In this document: one piece after another, positions 27,398 to 36,854 of the stretch
Layout of the letters: every line of letters begins with the position of its first letter
Numbering within the stretch: the first letter of the stretch is position 1
Assembly: GCA_046350905.1 (NCBI GenBank)
Contig: JAXLZN010000003.1
Coordinates: 1,673 to 65,672 of the forward strand
Origin: Candidatus Anderseniibacteriota bacterium
Lineage (GTDB): Bacteria; Patescibacteriota; JAUYIX01
Reading direction: 5' to 3'
DNA: 64,000 nucleotides
Made by a program: the position numbers and the translations under genes
The notes under the pieces: model-generated
The model's database searches: none
The model's input: the letters and a program-made list of their open reading frames with translations, nothing else
Told to the model about the DNA's origin: nothing

Positions 27398-28426
27398 ATG
27401 AAGAAGATTCGCATTGCGGTTATTGCTGGCGGCCCTTCCAGCGAGCGAGAAGTTTCCCTGCGTTCGGGGCAGCAAATCCTTGAGAAGCTCGATTCTGCTC
27501 GCTACGAGCGGACGCTAATTGAGATCGGCAAAGACGGCACCTGGCGCCTTGGAGCAGGTATGCAGAGATCCTCAAACAAAGCATTGGTGCAACCAACTGC
27601 GCCCACGCTCTCACGTAGTAACCTCCAAGCGGTGTGCGATGTTGCGTTCATCGCACTTCATGGAACGTACGGCGAGGATGGTCGCGTACAGGCTATACTC
27701 GACCTCCTTGGATTCACATACACAGGTTCAAATGTGTTGGCTAGCGCCCTGGGTATGAACAAAGCTTTCGCGGCACGGCTTGTGCAGAATACGGGGCAGA
27801 CGTGTCCTAAATCTGTCCTTGTGCATCCAGATACAAGCGACTCTAGCATTGCGAAGGTAGCAACAGACCTCGGGTTGCCCTGTGTTGTGAAGCCAAACGA
27901 ATCCGGCTCGAGCGTAGGTATTTCAATTGTCAATACTTCAATCGACCTGACGGCTGCTGTACGAAAAGCACGAGCAGAAAGCACTGACGTTCTTGTCATG
28001 GAATACATCAAGGGGCGAGAATTTACGTGCGGAGTGCTGGGTAACACTGGGCAAACAAAGCTCGTGGCGCTTCCACCCGTTGAGATCGTTGTTGAGCAAG
28101 GCTTCTTCGACTATTCGTCAAAGTACACCGATGGACTTGCACGTGAGTTGTGCCCTGCACCTATCGACAAGGCACTGGAGGCGCGTATTACCTCCGCTGC
28201 AGTCCAAGCTCACGAGACGCTTGGATGCGACGGGCTCACCCGTTCTGATTTTATTCTCGGCAACGACAATAAGCTCTACTTTCTCGAAATCAATACTATT
28301 CCGGGCATGACCGCACAGAGCCTATGCCCAAAGGAAGCAGCCGCATCAGGTATGAGCTACAGTCAGCTACTTGATCAAATAATCGATCTGGCTATTCAGC
28401 GACGCGGTAAAGCGGCAAATAAGTAA
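27398..28426 (+). CDS. ddl: D-alanine--D-alanine ligase
   Basis: 342 aa. MKKIRIAVIAGGPSSEREVS start, ATP-grasp motifs. Omega-loop FFDYSSKY retains the Tyr typical of D-Ala-D-Ala (not D-Ala-D-Lac) ligases. LEINTIPGMT. Confidence 0.9.
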   Translation: MKKIRIAVIAGGPSSEREVSLRSGQQILEKLDSARYERTLIEIGKDGTWRLGAGMQRSSNKALVQPTAPTLSRSNLQAVCDVAFIALHGTYGEDGRVQAILDLLGFTYTGSNVLASALGMNKAFAARLVQNTGQTCPKSVLVHPDTSDSSIAKVATDLGLPCVVKPNESGSSVGISIVNTSIDLTAAVRKARAESTDVLVMEYIKGREFTCGVLGNTGQTKLVALPPVEIVVEQGFFDYSSKYTDGLARELCPAPIDKALEARITSAAVQAHETLGCDGLTRSDFILGNDNKLYFLEINTIPGMTAQSLCPKEAAASGMSYSQLLDQIIDLAIQRRGKAANK

Positions 28427-28478
28427 TACCCACCGCGAACGTACGGTGGGTATCGACGAAATCACACGCTGTGATTTC
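28427..28478. terminator. Two adjacent 9-bp stem-loops between convergent ddl and the unknown gene
   Basis: TACCCACCG-cgaacgta-CGGTGGGTA (28427-28452) and GAAATCACA-cgc-TGTGATTTC (28458-28478). Confidence 0.45.
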
Positions 28479-29067
28479 AGGAAGCAATTGCCATGCGGAC
28501 GAGCGCCTTACCTTTGAAAACATTGATGGCAGCCGATCTTGACCCGCTCACGCACACGATCCGGCCGTCCTGTGTGAGGTCACGCGTACGAATGTACGAA
28601 TTGGCACATACATCACCGCTTAATACCTTGGCGCAGGCGATGATTGCGTAGGCCGCTTCGCAGGCGTGAGGCAGCCTTTGTTGCATACCTTCGAGCGTAA
28701 CCATTCGCTCGTCATACGTCAGTGCATCGGGCGCCCAGCCATGGGGGTAGCGGAGGAGGTACCACCGAGCCAGAACGTACACTTCCTGAGCGAACGGTTC
28801 TGCCGCGTACTGGTTATTCCTGCTGAAGCGCTCTGGGAACCTATTGTGAAGCATTGCCAGGTTCACGGAGATTCCGGGCACGAGCACGTGCGTTGTGGAG
28901 TGTGTTGCGAGCTCCTGGTCGGAGTACGGCACACGCCAGAGAGCATCGATCTCGTTCGGTTTGTACTGAAGACCGAACGTTCGCTCCACGTCGTTGAGAC
29001 CAATGATGTTTGACTGCATGGCCACGACCGCTCGAGTCCAGTCTCGACTCCAACCGATCTTTCTCAT
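28477..29067 (-). CDS. Hypothetical protein (196 aa), low-GC
   Basis: Intact ORF with mixed third-position usage unlike the host genes. No motif recognised. Confidence 0.55.
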   Translation of the reverse strand: MRKIGWSRDWTRAVVAMQSNIIGLNDVERTFGLQYKPNEIDALWRVPYSDQELATHSTTHVLVPGISVNLAMLHNRFPERFSRNNQYAAEPFAQEVYVLARWYLLRYPHGWAPDALTYDERMVTLEGMQQRLPHACEAAYAIIACAKVLSGDVCANSYIRTRDLTQDGRIVCVSGSRSAAINVFKGKALVRMAIAS

Positions 29068-29166
29068 ACGAACCTCCCAAACTGTAACGAACTATCTAGC
29101 GCCCTTACCTCACCACGAGGCACAGATTGCCTACACCGCGTACTACCCCCTGTCAATCTCTCTCTT

Positions 29167-30431
29167 TCAGCCCAGGTACTCGCGGTTGCCCAGGTAGGGC
29201 TGCAGCACTTCCGGTACACGAACCTTCCCGTCCGCGGTCTGGCACTGCTCAAGGATGCAGGAGGGCAGGCGCGAGAACGCCATGGCCGTCCCGTTGAGGG
29301 TGTGGACGTAGCGTCGGCTGCCGTCCGCGGCCACGTACTTGATCCCGAGCCGCCGCGCCTGGAACGAACCCACGTTGCTGATCGAGTTGGTCTCGACGTA
29401 GCGCTCTTCGCTCGGGAGCCAGCACTCCAGGTCGTAAGTCTTCTGGTTCTTGCGCGCCAGGTCGCCCGTGCAGAGCGTCACGCGGCGGAAGTGCAGGCCG
29501 AGCTTGCTGAGGATACCCTCGGCGAGCGGCACGAGCTCGTTGTCGAGCAGGTCCCACGACGCATCCTCCGGAGCAAACGTAAACATCTCCACCTTGTCGA
29601 ACTGGTGCATCCGGATGATCCCGCGCTGGTCCTTGCCCGCCGCACCGGCCTCACGGCGGTAGCAGGTCGAGTACGCCACGTACTTGGTCGGACCTTTCTT
29701 GAGGTTGAGCGTGTCGTGCGCGTGGAATCCGAGCACCGAGATCTCGCTCGTGCCCGCCAGGTTGAGCCCGTCCTTGGGGAGGCGGTACACATCCTGCTCA
29801 TCAACCGGAAACATCCCCGCGCCGTACATCGTCTCGTCGCTGACCAACGTCGGGGGCAGGATCGGCGTGTAGCCCTTCTGCGTCAGCTCATCCACTGCAA
29901 AGCGAACGAGCGCGTCGTGCAGCAGCGCTAGGTCACCGAGCATAAAGTGGAACCGGCCCCGCTCACCTTGGCGCTGCGCTTGGGGTCGATCCAGCAGAGC
30001 CGTTCAGCCAGCTGCCAGTGCGGGACCACATCAAACTTTTGGATTGGCTTGTCGCCATGCACCGCTTCAACTTTGTTGTCAGCAGCAGTCGTGCCCGCCG
30101 GAACGCTCTCGTGCGCAATGTTTGGCAGACGCGCGGTGAGGTCTTGCAGCTTTTTCTCCAGCTCCTCGCGCTTGGGGGTCAACGCCTTAACCTTCTCGGC
30201 CAGCTTCTTGGTGGCCGCAATGGCCTTCTTCTTTTCTGCGGCAGGCAGCTTGGCAAGCTCAGCCGATTTCTTTTTCTGCTCAGCACGGGCAGCCTCGGCT
30301 TCCACAATGGCTTTGCGCCGCGCCTCGTCGACCTTGAGTACCTCCTCGAGCTTAACGTCCTTAATCCCGCGCTTCTTGAGCTCAGCGCGGATGACGTCTG
30401 GCTTGGTTCGCAGCAGGTCGAGGTCAATCAT
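29167..30431 (-). pseudogene. serS: Serine--tRNA ligase, one frameshift as assembled
   Basis: ORF 29928..30431 is the N-terminal coiled-coil arm. ORF 29167..29943 is the class II core. The junction reads ...IDPKRSAKVSGA then RFHFMLGDLALLHDAL... after a 1-nt correction in the G/C run 29953-29960. Confidence 0.85.
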
Positions 30432-31894
30432 TGCTTCTGTAGTGTACGCCCTTCCGGCCGCAGCGTCGGAAACAGCACCACGTCACGAACGTTGGCCTGG
30501 TTGGTCACGAGCGCCAGCACCCGGTCAACGCCCATGCCCCAGCCAGCTGTAGGCGGCAAGCCGTACTCGAGCGCCTGCACAAAGTCCTCGTCCATGACGT
30601 GGGCTTCGTCGTCGCCGGCCTCGCGTAGCTTGGCTTGCTCGGCAAAGCGCGCACGCTGGTCGTGTGGATCGTTGAGCTCGGAGTAGGCGTTGACGACCTC
30701 GAAGCCGGCGACGACGAGCTGGAAGCGTTCGACCCGGCCGGGCTTGTCGGCGTCGCGCTTGGCGAGCGGGCTGACCTCGATCGGGTGCCCTACCAAAAAG
30801 GTCGGCTGGATCATCGACGGTCGCACCGTGGCTTTGTACAAGTTGTCGACCAGGTGGCCGTAGCCCACACCTTTCTCAATGTGCACGTCGAGCTTGCGCG
30901 CGCGAATCTCTTTGGTGAGGGCCGCCACGTCGCGAACCTTGCTCAGGTCGATCCCGCAAGCCTCCTCGACCGCCGCAAAGTAGTCGACCCGTGGCCAGGG
31001 GCAAGAAAAGTCGAGCTCGTGCTCGCCGTAGCGGAAGCGCAGCGTGCCAAAGGTTTTCTGCAGCACCTCGGTAAACATCTTCTCGGTCAGCTCCATCAGG
31101 TCCTCGTAGCTGGCGTAGGCCATGTAGAACTCCACCTCGGTAAACTCCTGGAGGTGCTGCGGGCTGATGCCTTCGGTGCGGAAAATTTTCCCATCTCGTA
31201 GACCCGTTCCATGCCGCCGACGCACCAGGCGCTTGAGGTGACTCCGTGCGATGCGCATGAAGTCGACGTCGAGCGCGTCGTGGTGCGTGACAAGTTTGGC
31301 CATCGTCCCACCCGCGAGCAGCTGGAGCACGGCGTCTCGACTTCGAAATCCGCGTTGGTCAAGAAGTCACGCACGTGCCGCTCGAACAGCGCCCGCTTGG
31401 TGAGCAGCTCGCGCACCTCGGGGTTGGCCAGCAGGTCGAGCTCGCGGTGTCGCGCGCGTAGCTCGTAGTCCTTGAGGCCGTGGTACTGGTCAGGCGGCGG
31501 ACGGATCGCGCTTGCTGATGGCGAGGCGCGTTACCGATTTTCTCCGGTGCCGTGCGGAACGCCACGCCGGTCGCCGAGGCAAAGTCACCCAGGTCGAGCG
31601 GCAGGTACGCCGAGAAGGCGTCACCCATCTCTTCTTTCTGCGCAAAGATCTGGATGCGCCCGCTCGGGTCCTCCGGAACTGGAAACGCCGGCGCCGCCCA
31701 TCTTTGCGCATGGCGCGCTCCCCGGCCGACCACGGTAACTTTTCTCCGGCGTGCTCGAGCGCTTCGATTGCTCGAGCAGCTTGGCGGCGGTGTGGGTTCG
31801 CTCCACGTGGCTCGGGTACGGCTCGAGTCCCTGCTTACGCAGCTCAGCGAGCTTGCTCGCGCTCCTTGATCAGACGGTCTTCGGTCTCCGACAT
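30428..31894 (-). pseudogene. lysS: Lysine--tRNA ligase (class II), at least eight frameshifts as assembled
   Basis: ATG at 31894 (MSETEDRLIKEREQAR*). Recognisable LysRS segments are scattered over three frames: KLAELRKQGLEPYPSHVERTH, SGRIQIFAQKEEMGD, HGLKDYELRARHRELDLLANPEVRELLTKRALFERHVRDFL, GGMERVYEMGK, FRTEGISPQHLQEFTEVEFY. The C-terminal 300 codons are intact. Confidence 0.85.
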
Positions 31895-31995
31895 AGGCGC
31901 TACGCTACGGAAACTCGCCGATGGGAAAAGCCGGTCAGGTCAGCAGATCACGGCTCCTTCTTGCGAGCTGCGCCGAGCCAGAACCGGGCTTAGCG

Positions 31996-32250
31996 TCATG
32001 ACGCTACGGTAGGCGCCGAATGCTTTGAAAGTACTAGTTGACCCCGCGATTTGCTCGCGGAGTCCTGAAGTTCTCGACGAAGGCCCCAGCGCTGCTGCTC
32101 GAGCTGCGTCCGGCGCTCGTGCTCATCCCAGGTGAGGCCGCCCTGCGCGACCTCGACGTCGAATAGATCGTCGAGGCACTCGCGACGATCCTGCAGTCGC
32201 TCATAGATGGCGACCACCTGGCGCGCGACACGGTCTGCTCGCCGGTGCAC
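31996..32250 (-). CDS. Hypothetical small protein (84 aa or longer)
   Basis: The frame is open further upstream to 32334 without a start codon. It lies inside the indel-rich block, so boundaries are unreliable. Confidence 0.3.
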   Translation of the reverse strand: MHRRADRVARQVVAIYERLQDRRECLDDLFDVEVAQGGLTWDEHERRTQLEQQRWGLRRELQDSASKSRGQLVLSKHSAPTVAS

Positions 32251-32395
32251 GGAGTCCGGCGTATTGACCTTGCGAATCGCCTGCCGTTGGAACGGCTTGC
32301 GATCCTCGTCGCTACCTTCTTGCGGGAAGTGGTAGGTTTATTTTTATATCCCCTGGCTACGGCACGGAGGCCTTTACCAGGGTTAACGGCAGTAT

Positions 32396-32413
32396 AACGC
32401 GTCTAGACGCGTT
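32396..32413. repeat. Perfect 18-bp palindrome AACGCGTCTAGACGCGTT
   Basis: Read directly. Intergenic, downstream of greA and next to an AT-rich patch (TTTATTTTTATAT, 32337-32349). Confidence 0.6.
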
Positions 32414-32489
32414 TGTCGAGGAAAACTCAGACTTTGTTGCGTGTCGCGGCGTCGTGAGGAGGGTGCGGCCGCGAAGTGCGCCGCTCCCG

Positions 32490-32993
32490 CTACTCGACCT
32501 CGACGATTTCATGGCGAACCGTACCGCCCGGCGTCTCAACCTCGACCGCGTCGCCCTTCTTTTGCCGAGGAGCGCTTGCCGTGGCGTCGTTGGAGATTTC
32601 CCGTCGGCCGAGGTCGGCTTCGTTGGCGCCGACGATTTCGTAGTTCACGTCAGCGCCGTCGAGCTTGAGCTTGACCGCAGAACCGATCCAACCGCGGCAC
32701 CCTTGGTGAATCTCGACCACGCCGGCCGTCTTGAGGATCGACTCGAGCTCCTCGATGCGGCCCTCGACATGCACTTGCTCGTCCATGGCGCAGCATCGCC
32801 TCGGCGTTCTCGGCGGTCGCCCTGCTCCTTGGCCGCCGGACGCTGCCGCTAGTTCGCGCCGCTTGCGCCGCTTCCGCCCTTGAGGTGCTCGAGCTCGTCG
32901 CCTTCGCCTTGAGTCCGGCGGGCGTAGCCGATGCTCGGTCGCGCTGTAGTTGGGGATAGGGCTGGGGAAGTGAAGCGGGCGGAACGCTACCAC
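32490..32993 (-). pseudogene. greA: Transcription elongation factor GreA, several frameshifts as assembled
   Basis: SD GAGGAGGG then GTG at 32993. N-terminal pieces DELEHLKG / RKRRKRRE / ENAEAM lie in different frames. The C-terminal domain is clear: EGRIEELESILKTAGVVE...VKLKLDGADVNYEIVGANEAD...KKGDAVEVETPGGTVRHEIVEVE. Confidence 0.7.
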
Positions 32994-33060
32994 CCTCCTC
33001 CCTTCAAGGGCGAACGTTGACAACATTGACAAAGCGGGGTTTGTGCCGATGACTCTTGCG

Positions 33061-34051
33061 CATGCACGTACTCGTTACCGGCGGCGCCGGGTTCATGGGC
33101 AACAACTTTGTTAAGCACCTATGCTCACCACCCGCCCGAAATCCGCGTGACCAACCTGGACGAGCTGACCTACGCCGGCAACCCGGCCAGCTTGGCTGAG
33201 GTTGCGCCCAGCCTCGCTACAAATTTGTACGGGGTGACATTGCTGATGCTGCGCTCGTCGGCGAGCTCTGACCGCCGATGTCCGTCGACATCATCCATCA
33301 ACTACGCGGCCGGAGCGCACATCGTCGTTCGATCCGCAGGCCGCGCGCCTTCTTGGAGACGGACGTGCTCGGAACCTTTACGTTGCTCAAGGCAGTCCGC
33401 AAGCACGAGATCACGAAGTACATCCAGGTCTCGACCGACGAAGTCTTCGGTACGACCAAGGATGAGTTCGCTGAGGATCACCGATGGAGCCCAACTCGCC
33501 TACTCCGCGAGCAAGGCCGGGCGACCTGCTCTGCCGCGCCTACACCGTCACCTACCAGACGCCGGTGATCATGACCCACTCTACAACGTCTACGGCCCAA
33601 CCAGTACCCGGAGAAGATCATTCCCTCTTCGCGACTGACCTGATCGGGCAACCAGGTTCCGGTCTACGGCGACGGCTCGGCCGTGCGCGAGTGGATCTGC
33701 GTGCTCGACCACTGCCGCGCCATCGAAGCCGTGCTCGACCGTGGCGCGATCGGCCAGGTCTACAACATCGGCACGCGGCAGCGTTCGACCAACCTCGAGC
33801 TCACCAAGCTGATCCTCGAGCACTGCGGCAAGACGGGTGAGCATCGAGCACGGCGGGATCGGCGGGGAGTACGACATCCAGGTACGCCATCAACCCGGAC
33901 AAGATCGGCACTGCGAGCTCGGCTGGAAGCCGAAGTGCTCGTTGCAGCGGGGCTCGAACAAGACCGTGCGCTGGTGCCAGGCGCACCCCGAGGTGGTGGA
34001 AGCCCTCGATCGCCAGGCCGATACAAGGAGTACCTGAAAGCAGTATGCTGA
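33061..34051 (+). pseudogene. rfbB: dTDP-glucose 4,6-dehydratase, multiple frameshifts as assembled
   Basis: MHVLVTGGAGFMGNNFV start. ...IQVSTDEVFG..., YSASKA, PVIMT, NVYGP..YPEKIIP, VYGDGSAVREWICVLDHCRAIEAVL... are spread over three frames. Confidence 0.8.
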
Positions 34052-34078
34052 CCGTACTAAATCCGTAACGGCGAACGC

Positions 34079-34936
34079 ATGAAGTTACCTCATCTTTGGT
34101 AAAGGAGTTTTCTCGAACGCGCTGCAAAGAAGCGTGGGGCGACAGAAGGTCCTCTCCGACCTGCGCGCCGACGACGTGGCCGGCGTCCTGGCCGAGATCG
34201 ACCGGGTCAGCCGGACGTGGTCCTCAACGCAGCCGTTACGACCGGCAAGCCCAACGTGGACTGGTGCGACTCGCACCCGCGCGAGATCGCAACGCCAGCA
34301 ACACGGCCGTTCCGATCTGCCTCCGCCGAGGCGACATGCAACGTTCGATCTACATGCTGCACCTGGCCTCGGGCTGCATCTTCTATGGCAAGTCCCAGCA
34401 CCCCGACGGTGCCTGGCGCGAAGACGACTTTGGCAATCCGCGCCCCAACTACTCGCGCGCCAAGTGGGCCGCTGACTAGTCCTCGACCATGCCTAACGTG
34501 GGCATCGCGGCTGCGCATGCCGATCGACTGGCAACCAGGCCCCCGCAACCTGATCGACAAGCTGGCCAAGTACCCCAAGATCATCGATGTCGAGGGCAAT
34601 GCGATCGTCGAGGATTTGACGGCCGCTGCACCAAGCTGCTCGAAACACAGCACCGGCATCTTCCACTGCACCAACGGCACGCGCAGAGCACCGCGACCTG
34701 GTCGCGCTCTACAACGAGCTGGTCGACTGGCCCACACCAACGAGTGGATCCGCGAGGAGGACCTGGTCGGGCAGGAAAGGCTCCGCCACCGAGCCGGTCG
34801 AACAACTTCCGCTGGCCTCCAGCCGGCATCGAGGCGCTCGGCATCCAGATGCGGCCGGTGGCTGGCAACGCCGCGACACGATGGTCAGTACGCCAAGGCG
34901 GTCGGCGCCAAGAAAGCAACGCCCGCGACCGTCTAG
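34079..34936 (+). pseudogene. NRS/ER-like dTDP-4-dehydrorhamnose 3,5-epimerase/4-reductase-type SDR, multiple frameshifts as assembled
   Basis: PDVVLNAAVTTGKPNVDWCDSHPREI, GCIFYGKSQHPDG, LRMPIDWQPGPRNLIDKLAKYPKIIDVEGN and RSNN resemble the plant/viral NRS/ER family more than classical RmlD. Confidence 0.6.
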
Positions 34937-34955
34937 GTTCGCGCGATGAACGACC

Positions 34956-36015
34956 ATGAAGGCGATCATCGCGGCTGGCGAGCACGGTACGCGCATCCGT
35001 CCCATCACGTGGACGACGAACAAGCACCTCATATCCGCTCGCCAACAAGCCGATGATCGTGCACGCCATCGAGAAGGACAAGGCGGCCGGGATCCACCGA
35101 CATCTACATCAACATCGACCCCGACACCGAGATGAGCGCCGCGCTCAACGACGGCAGCAGGTACAGCGTCACGCTCACCGTCGAGCAGGAGGTGGCCCCA
35201 AGGTGTAGCGCACATTCCCAAGAACGCCGAGCGGTACCTCAAGGGCGACTCATTTCTTTTACCTCGGCGACAACATCATTCTCGGAGAGCTTGGTCGCCT
35301 GTACAGCGCTTTGAGCAAGAGAAGGCTCGACTGCATGCGGCCTTCTCCAAGATTCGAGACCCGAGCGCTTTGGGGTGCGCAGTTCCGCAAGGATGGTTCG
35401 CTCGAAGATTGAGGAAGCCTAGAACCCCCCGAGCGACTACGCGGTGACCGGCATCATCTACGGCAAGGACTTTTGAGGCCTTTGACGGGATCAAGCCGAG
35501 CGCGCGCGGCGAGAAGTACGAGATCAGCGACGTCAACACCTGGTACCTCGAGCACGGCAAGAAGGTCGGCTGGGAAGAGATCACGGGCTGGTGGAAGGAC
35601 ACCGGCAAGCCCGAGGACCTCCTCGAGGGCAACGCGCTGATGTGGACGAGATGAAGCGCGACGACGCCCCAGATCGAGGGCGAGTCGATCCGGTGCCGCA
35701 TCGGGGTTGCAGTTGGTGGCGGTGACGAGGTTGCCGCGCATCAGGGCCGGCGCTGCTACGAGGCGGTTGTAATCCGCTTTGCTCAACTGCGTGATCGAGA
35801 AGGCCTGTAGGCCATACCTCGATTGGCAACGACGTCACGATCAGCGGTGCGGGGTCGGCCTCGATCGTTCTGGATCGCGGCACCATCGAGGCCGATCTTG
35901 CATCGTCCACGACACCATCCTCGGCCGCGACGTGGCCGTGGTCGAACCTCGAGCACCGTGCCCGTCAGCGGCCACCGCGCAAGTGGTCGGCGACAAGTCG
36001 CACCTCGAGCTCTAG
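34956..36015 (+). pseudogene. rfbA: Glucose-1-phosphate thymidylyltransferase, long form with C-terminal left-handed beta-helix, multiple frameshifts as assembled
   Basis: MKAIIAAGEHGTRIRPIT..NKHL..LANKPMIVHAIE, EKYEISDVNTWYLEHGKKVGWEEITGWWKDTGKPEDLLEGN, then hexapeptide-like segments ending ...GDKSHLEL*. Confidence 0.7.
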
Positions 36016-36023
36016 CCGCAGCG

Positions 36024-36854
36024 CTAGCCGAGGTGCTTTTCGGCGGCGTCGACGACGTTGCTGAGCAACGCGGCGACCGTTGTGGGCCGACGCCGCCTGG
36101 GACGGGCGTGACGGTTTTGACGATCTTCTCAACCTCGTCGGTTTTGACGTCGCCGACGGCTTTGCCGTCGACTACGCTGAAGCCGCGTCGACAACGATCT
36201 TACCCTGCCGCAACGTGCTCCACGGCCGACGAGGCCCGGCACGCCAGCGCTCGCGACGAGAACTTCAGCTGCCCGCGTTGCGCCGGCACATCCGCCAGGG
36301 CATCTTCATCAGCAGCGTCACCGTGGCACCGCGTGCCCTGAGCACCGCAAGCGGTCGACCGACCAGTAAACCCGCGCCGACGATCATCGCCGTGGCGCCC
36401 TCGAGCTCGCGCTGGCTCTCGAGCAAGCGCGTAATCCCCGGCAGCGTGGCTGGGACAAAGCCAGGCTCGCCAGCGCCTGGCACGCACGCTGGCTGGCGCT
36501 CGAGCCCGTCGACGTCTCGATCGACCGGGACAGCGTTGAGCACGGCGTCACGGTCGATGCCGCGAGCAGGGGGCAGCTGCACGATCACGCCGTCGGCATC
36601 CTCGGCTGCCGACTGCACCGCGGCAACCGTCGCGGTCGCAGCATCGGCCTCGAGCTGTTCGCGCCGACGATGCCAACTTTCTCAGCAGCGGAGAGCTTAC
36701 CACGCCACACGTAGGCAGTCGACGGCCTCATCCCCTACCTACGCCAGACGGCGGATGTTGCGATGGTGAGCTTGGGTTGGCGTGGAGGCGCGCTGGCTAC
36801 CTCGCGCGTTTCTGCTAGCCAGGTATCGGCGAGCAGTTGTCCTTGGAGCTTCAT
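36024..36854 (-). pseudogene. folD: Bifunctional methylenetetrahydrofolate dehydrogenase/cyclohydrolase FolD, multiple frameshifts as assembled
   Basis: ATG at 36854 (MKLQGQLLADTWLAETRE...). DGVIVQLPPARGIDRDAVLNAVPVDRDVDGL, GFVPATLPGITRLLE, AMIVGAGLLVGRPLA, VTPVPGGVGP-like tail ...EKHLG*. Confidence 0.75.

Noticed and set aside
27398-28426. Possibility that the island ligase is a VanA/VanB-type D-Ala-D-Lac ligase (vancomycin resistance cassette)
   Set aside because: The omega-loop keeps the Tyr (FFDYSSKY) typical of D-Ala-D-Ala ligases. No vanH, vanR or vanS genes are nearby.
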